A stretch of 64,000 nucleotides of DNA. Origin: Clostridiales bacterium. Its GTDB lineage: Bacteria; Bacillota; Clostridia; Peptostreptococcales; Anaerovoracaceae. The position numbers and the translations under genes were made by a program. This document shows positions 62,286 to 64,000 of the stretch, piece after piece. The notes under the pieces were generated by a model. That model saw nothing but the letters and a program-made list of their open reading frames with translations. It was not told the DNA's origin and made no database searches. Every line of letters starts with the position of its first letter. Position 1 is the first letter of the stretch. Where the stretch lies: assembly GCA_040307715.1 (NCBI GenBank), contig JAWRJC010000026.1, forward strand, positions 14,571 to 78,570. The letters run 5' to 3'.

Positions 62286-63983
62286 CTATTCCAGTTTGAT
62301 ATCGATCCCTAAAATATCCGATGCCTGACTGCGCAGCAGTTCCGCCTGATCAGGCTGTTCCTGCACCGGCTGTTCATACGGCGCCGGTGACTGGACCGGC
62401 TCCGGTTCGGGCTGTGCCTGCGGTGCCGGGCCGGCATCTTCTTCTCCGACCGGGAGCAGCAGCGTCATCCGGCCGACGACTTCCGACAGAAGCGCCGACA
62501 GCGCATTGCGGTTTTCCTCCATGTACTGTCTGGCAGCGCCGCGGACACTGACGCGGAACACGTTGTCCTCCAGGGACTGCGGGACCGCTCTGCCGCGGAT
62601 GAAGAAGAACTGTGCGCCGATCTGCCGTTCTCCTTTATCGAGGAATCGCTCCCAGATATCCGTAAGATCAGGAGCGGGCGGCGCAGGCATACGTTCCGGT
62701 GCCTGTTGTACCGGCTGAGACGGGACAGGCTGCTGCACCTGCTCCACCGGCATTTCCTGCGGCATTGCGGGAGCCGGCATTTCCTGTGCGGCCGGCTGCT
62801 CGTGCAGCTCGCGCCGGATCTGCGGGATCTGAGCGGCAGCCAGTTCTTCGAACTGCTGCGGTGTATACGTCACGCGGCGCATCTCCTCATCAAAGGCATC
62901 GCCTGCGGCCAGTTTGACCAGGACCATTTCCAGCAGCACACGCGGCTGCGTGGAGCGGCGGGCATCGTAGAGGACCTGCGACAGTTCGCGGATCGCACCG
63001 GTGATCGCGCCGATCTCCAGCCGGTCCGCCTGCATGCGTACCCGTTCCACATTCTCCAGCGACATGGAGACCGTACCCGCCGGGTCTTCCAGGAACTTGA
63101 CCAGCAGCAGATCGCGGTAATGGCTCATCCATCCCTGAATGATCTGCCGGGCGTCCCTGCCCTTGCGGAGCATATCTTCGATCATGAGGAGACCGTCCGC
63201 AACGTGCCGCTGCATGACGGCATCCGTCAGCGCGATGAAATCTTCCTCCCCGACCGTTCCGATCGCGTCGAGCACGTCTTCCCGGCTGACCGTGCCGGTC
63301 CTGCCGGAGATGCACTGCTCAAGGATGCTCAGACCGTCGCGGACCGATCCGTCCGCCGCCTGCGCGATCAGACCGAGACCGCTTTCATCGACCGTGAGCC
63401 CCCTGTCTTCGCAGATCGCGGCGAGGCGCGCTTTGAGCGCCCGCTCGGATACCCGCCGGAAATCCATCCTGACGCAGCGCGACAGGATCGTGGCCGGCAG
63501 TTTCTCGGGCTCTGTGGTGCACAGGATGAACATGACGTTTTCCGGCGGCTCTTCCAGCGTCTTCAGGAGGGCGTTGTACGCGCTCGCGGAAAGCATATGG
63601 ACTTCATCCATGATATAGACTTTTTTCCGTCCGACGACCGGCGGATAGTTGACACTCTCCCGCAGTTCGCGGATATTGTCGACACCGTTGTTCGACGCCG
63701 CGTCGATCTCGATGAGATCCATGAACGACCCTTCCTGAATGGAACGGCAGTTCGCGCAGCAGCCGCAGGGTCTTCCTCCTTCCGGGCTGCCCGTGCAGTT
63801 GACCGCCTTTGCCAGCAGCCGCGCGATCGTGGTCTTGCCTGTCCCGCGCGTTCCGCAGAACAGATACGCGTGGCTGACCTGATCGGCTGCGACCTGGTTC
63901 TGCAGGATCCGGATGACGTGTTCCTGCCCCAGGACCTCTTCAAAGACCTCCGGTCTGTATGAACGGTATAGTGCTTTATACAT
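62286..63983 (-). CDS. dnaX: DNA polymerase III subunit gamma/tau
   Basis: The sequence is YRSYRPEVFEEVLGQEHV...FCGTRGTGKTT...zinc module CGCCANC...VYIMDEVHMLS. The C-terminal region is Pro/Gln-rich. GGAAGGAAG SD. Confidence 0.95.
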   Translation of the reverse strand: MYKALYRSYRPEVFEEVLGQEHVIRILQNQVAADQVSHAYLFCGTRGTGKTTIARLLAKAVNCTGSPEGGRPCGCCANCRSIQEGSFMDLIEIDAASNNGVDNIRELRESVNYPPVVGRKKVYIMDEVHMLSASAYNALLKTLEEPPENVMFILCTTEPEKLPATILSRCVRMDFRRVSERALKARLAAICEDRGLTVDESGLGLIAQAADGSVRDGLSILEQCISGRTGTVSREDVLDAIGTVGEEDFIALTDAVMQRHVADGLLMIEDMLRKGRDARQIIQGWMSHYRDLLLVKFLEDPAGTVSMSLENVERVRMQADRLEIGAITGAIRELSQVLYDARRSTQPRVLLEMVLVKLAAGDAFDEEMRRVTYTPQQFEELAAAQIPQIRRELHEQPAAQEMPAPAMPQEMPVEQVQQPVPSQPVQQAPERMPAPPAPDLTDIWERFLDKGERQIGAQFFFIRGRAVPQSLEDNVFRVSVRGAARQYMEENRNALSALLSEVVGRMTLLLPVGEEDAGPAPQAQPEPEPVQSPAPYEQPVQEQPDQAELLRSQASDILGIDIKLE

Positions 63984-64000
63984 GAGAATCGCTTCCTTCC

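Noticed and set aside
63621-63628. An A6 run (GGAAAAAAG on the coding strand) in dnaX as a possible programmed -1 frameshift site, like the E. coli tau/gamma site.
   Set aside because: The frame is CGG-AAA-AAA-GTC, not A-AAA-AAG. The run lies in the N-terminal AAA+ module just before Walker B, rather than after domain III. I see no downstream stem-loop.
63984-64000. The SRP (4.5S/scRNA) gene, which commonly precedes dnaX in Firmicutes.
   Set aside because: Only 17 nt of upstream sequence are in the window, so it cannot be assessed.

Overview
High-GC Firmicutes (Clostridia-like) chromosomal core region. It is densely packed and about 85% of genes are on the minus strand. I call 60 protein-coding genes and an array of 15 tRNA genes, all with an encoded CCA end. 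I see no rRNA, CRISPR array, transposase, integrase or prophage genes.

Gene content, low to high coordinate:
- ddl (5' fragment), an LCP-family wall-polymer ligase, and the conserved rpe-rsgA-prkC-stp-rsmB-(Zn-peptidase)-fmt-def-priA block
- asnA, queH, a TIGR01212 radical-SAM gene and tdk
- the 15-tRNA operon
- yigZ-hflX, codY, hslUV, topA, dprA, a comM-like gene and yraN
- a Cof-type HAD hydrolase and trkA-trkH-trkH
- a secreted NlpC/P60 hydrolase, rnr, hppA and secG
- a histidine-utilisation locus: hutUIH divergent from glutamate formimidoyltransferase plus cyclodeaminase
- eno-tpiA-pgk-gap preceded directly by rpoN (sigma-54)
- trmL, hom and a small accessory-looking stretch at 52.7-60.5 kb: a SEC-C protein, an XRE regulator with a membrane paralogue, a Nim-like PNPOx protein, an acyl-ACP thioesterase, a YbaK-like deacylase, nth, a membrane protein, a cysteine-string J-protein, a DUF5685 protein, a GntR regulator and a lipoprotein
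- an M50 protease and recR-ybaB-dnaX

I do not see a clear-cut novel multi-gene defence or mobile system. The most interesting unexplained signals are:
1. Three phased 21-22 bp dyad repeats lying exactly between the two divergent extended -10 promoters of the hut locus.
2. The translationally coupled DUF5685 / cysteine-string J-protein / membrane-protein cluster fused to nth.
3. An XRE regulator and a membrane-anchored protein that share a C-terminal domain.
4. rpoN abutting the glycolytic operon with no cggR or gpmI.

All function calls rest on motif recognition in the supplied translations. No database search was run.
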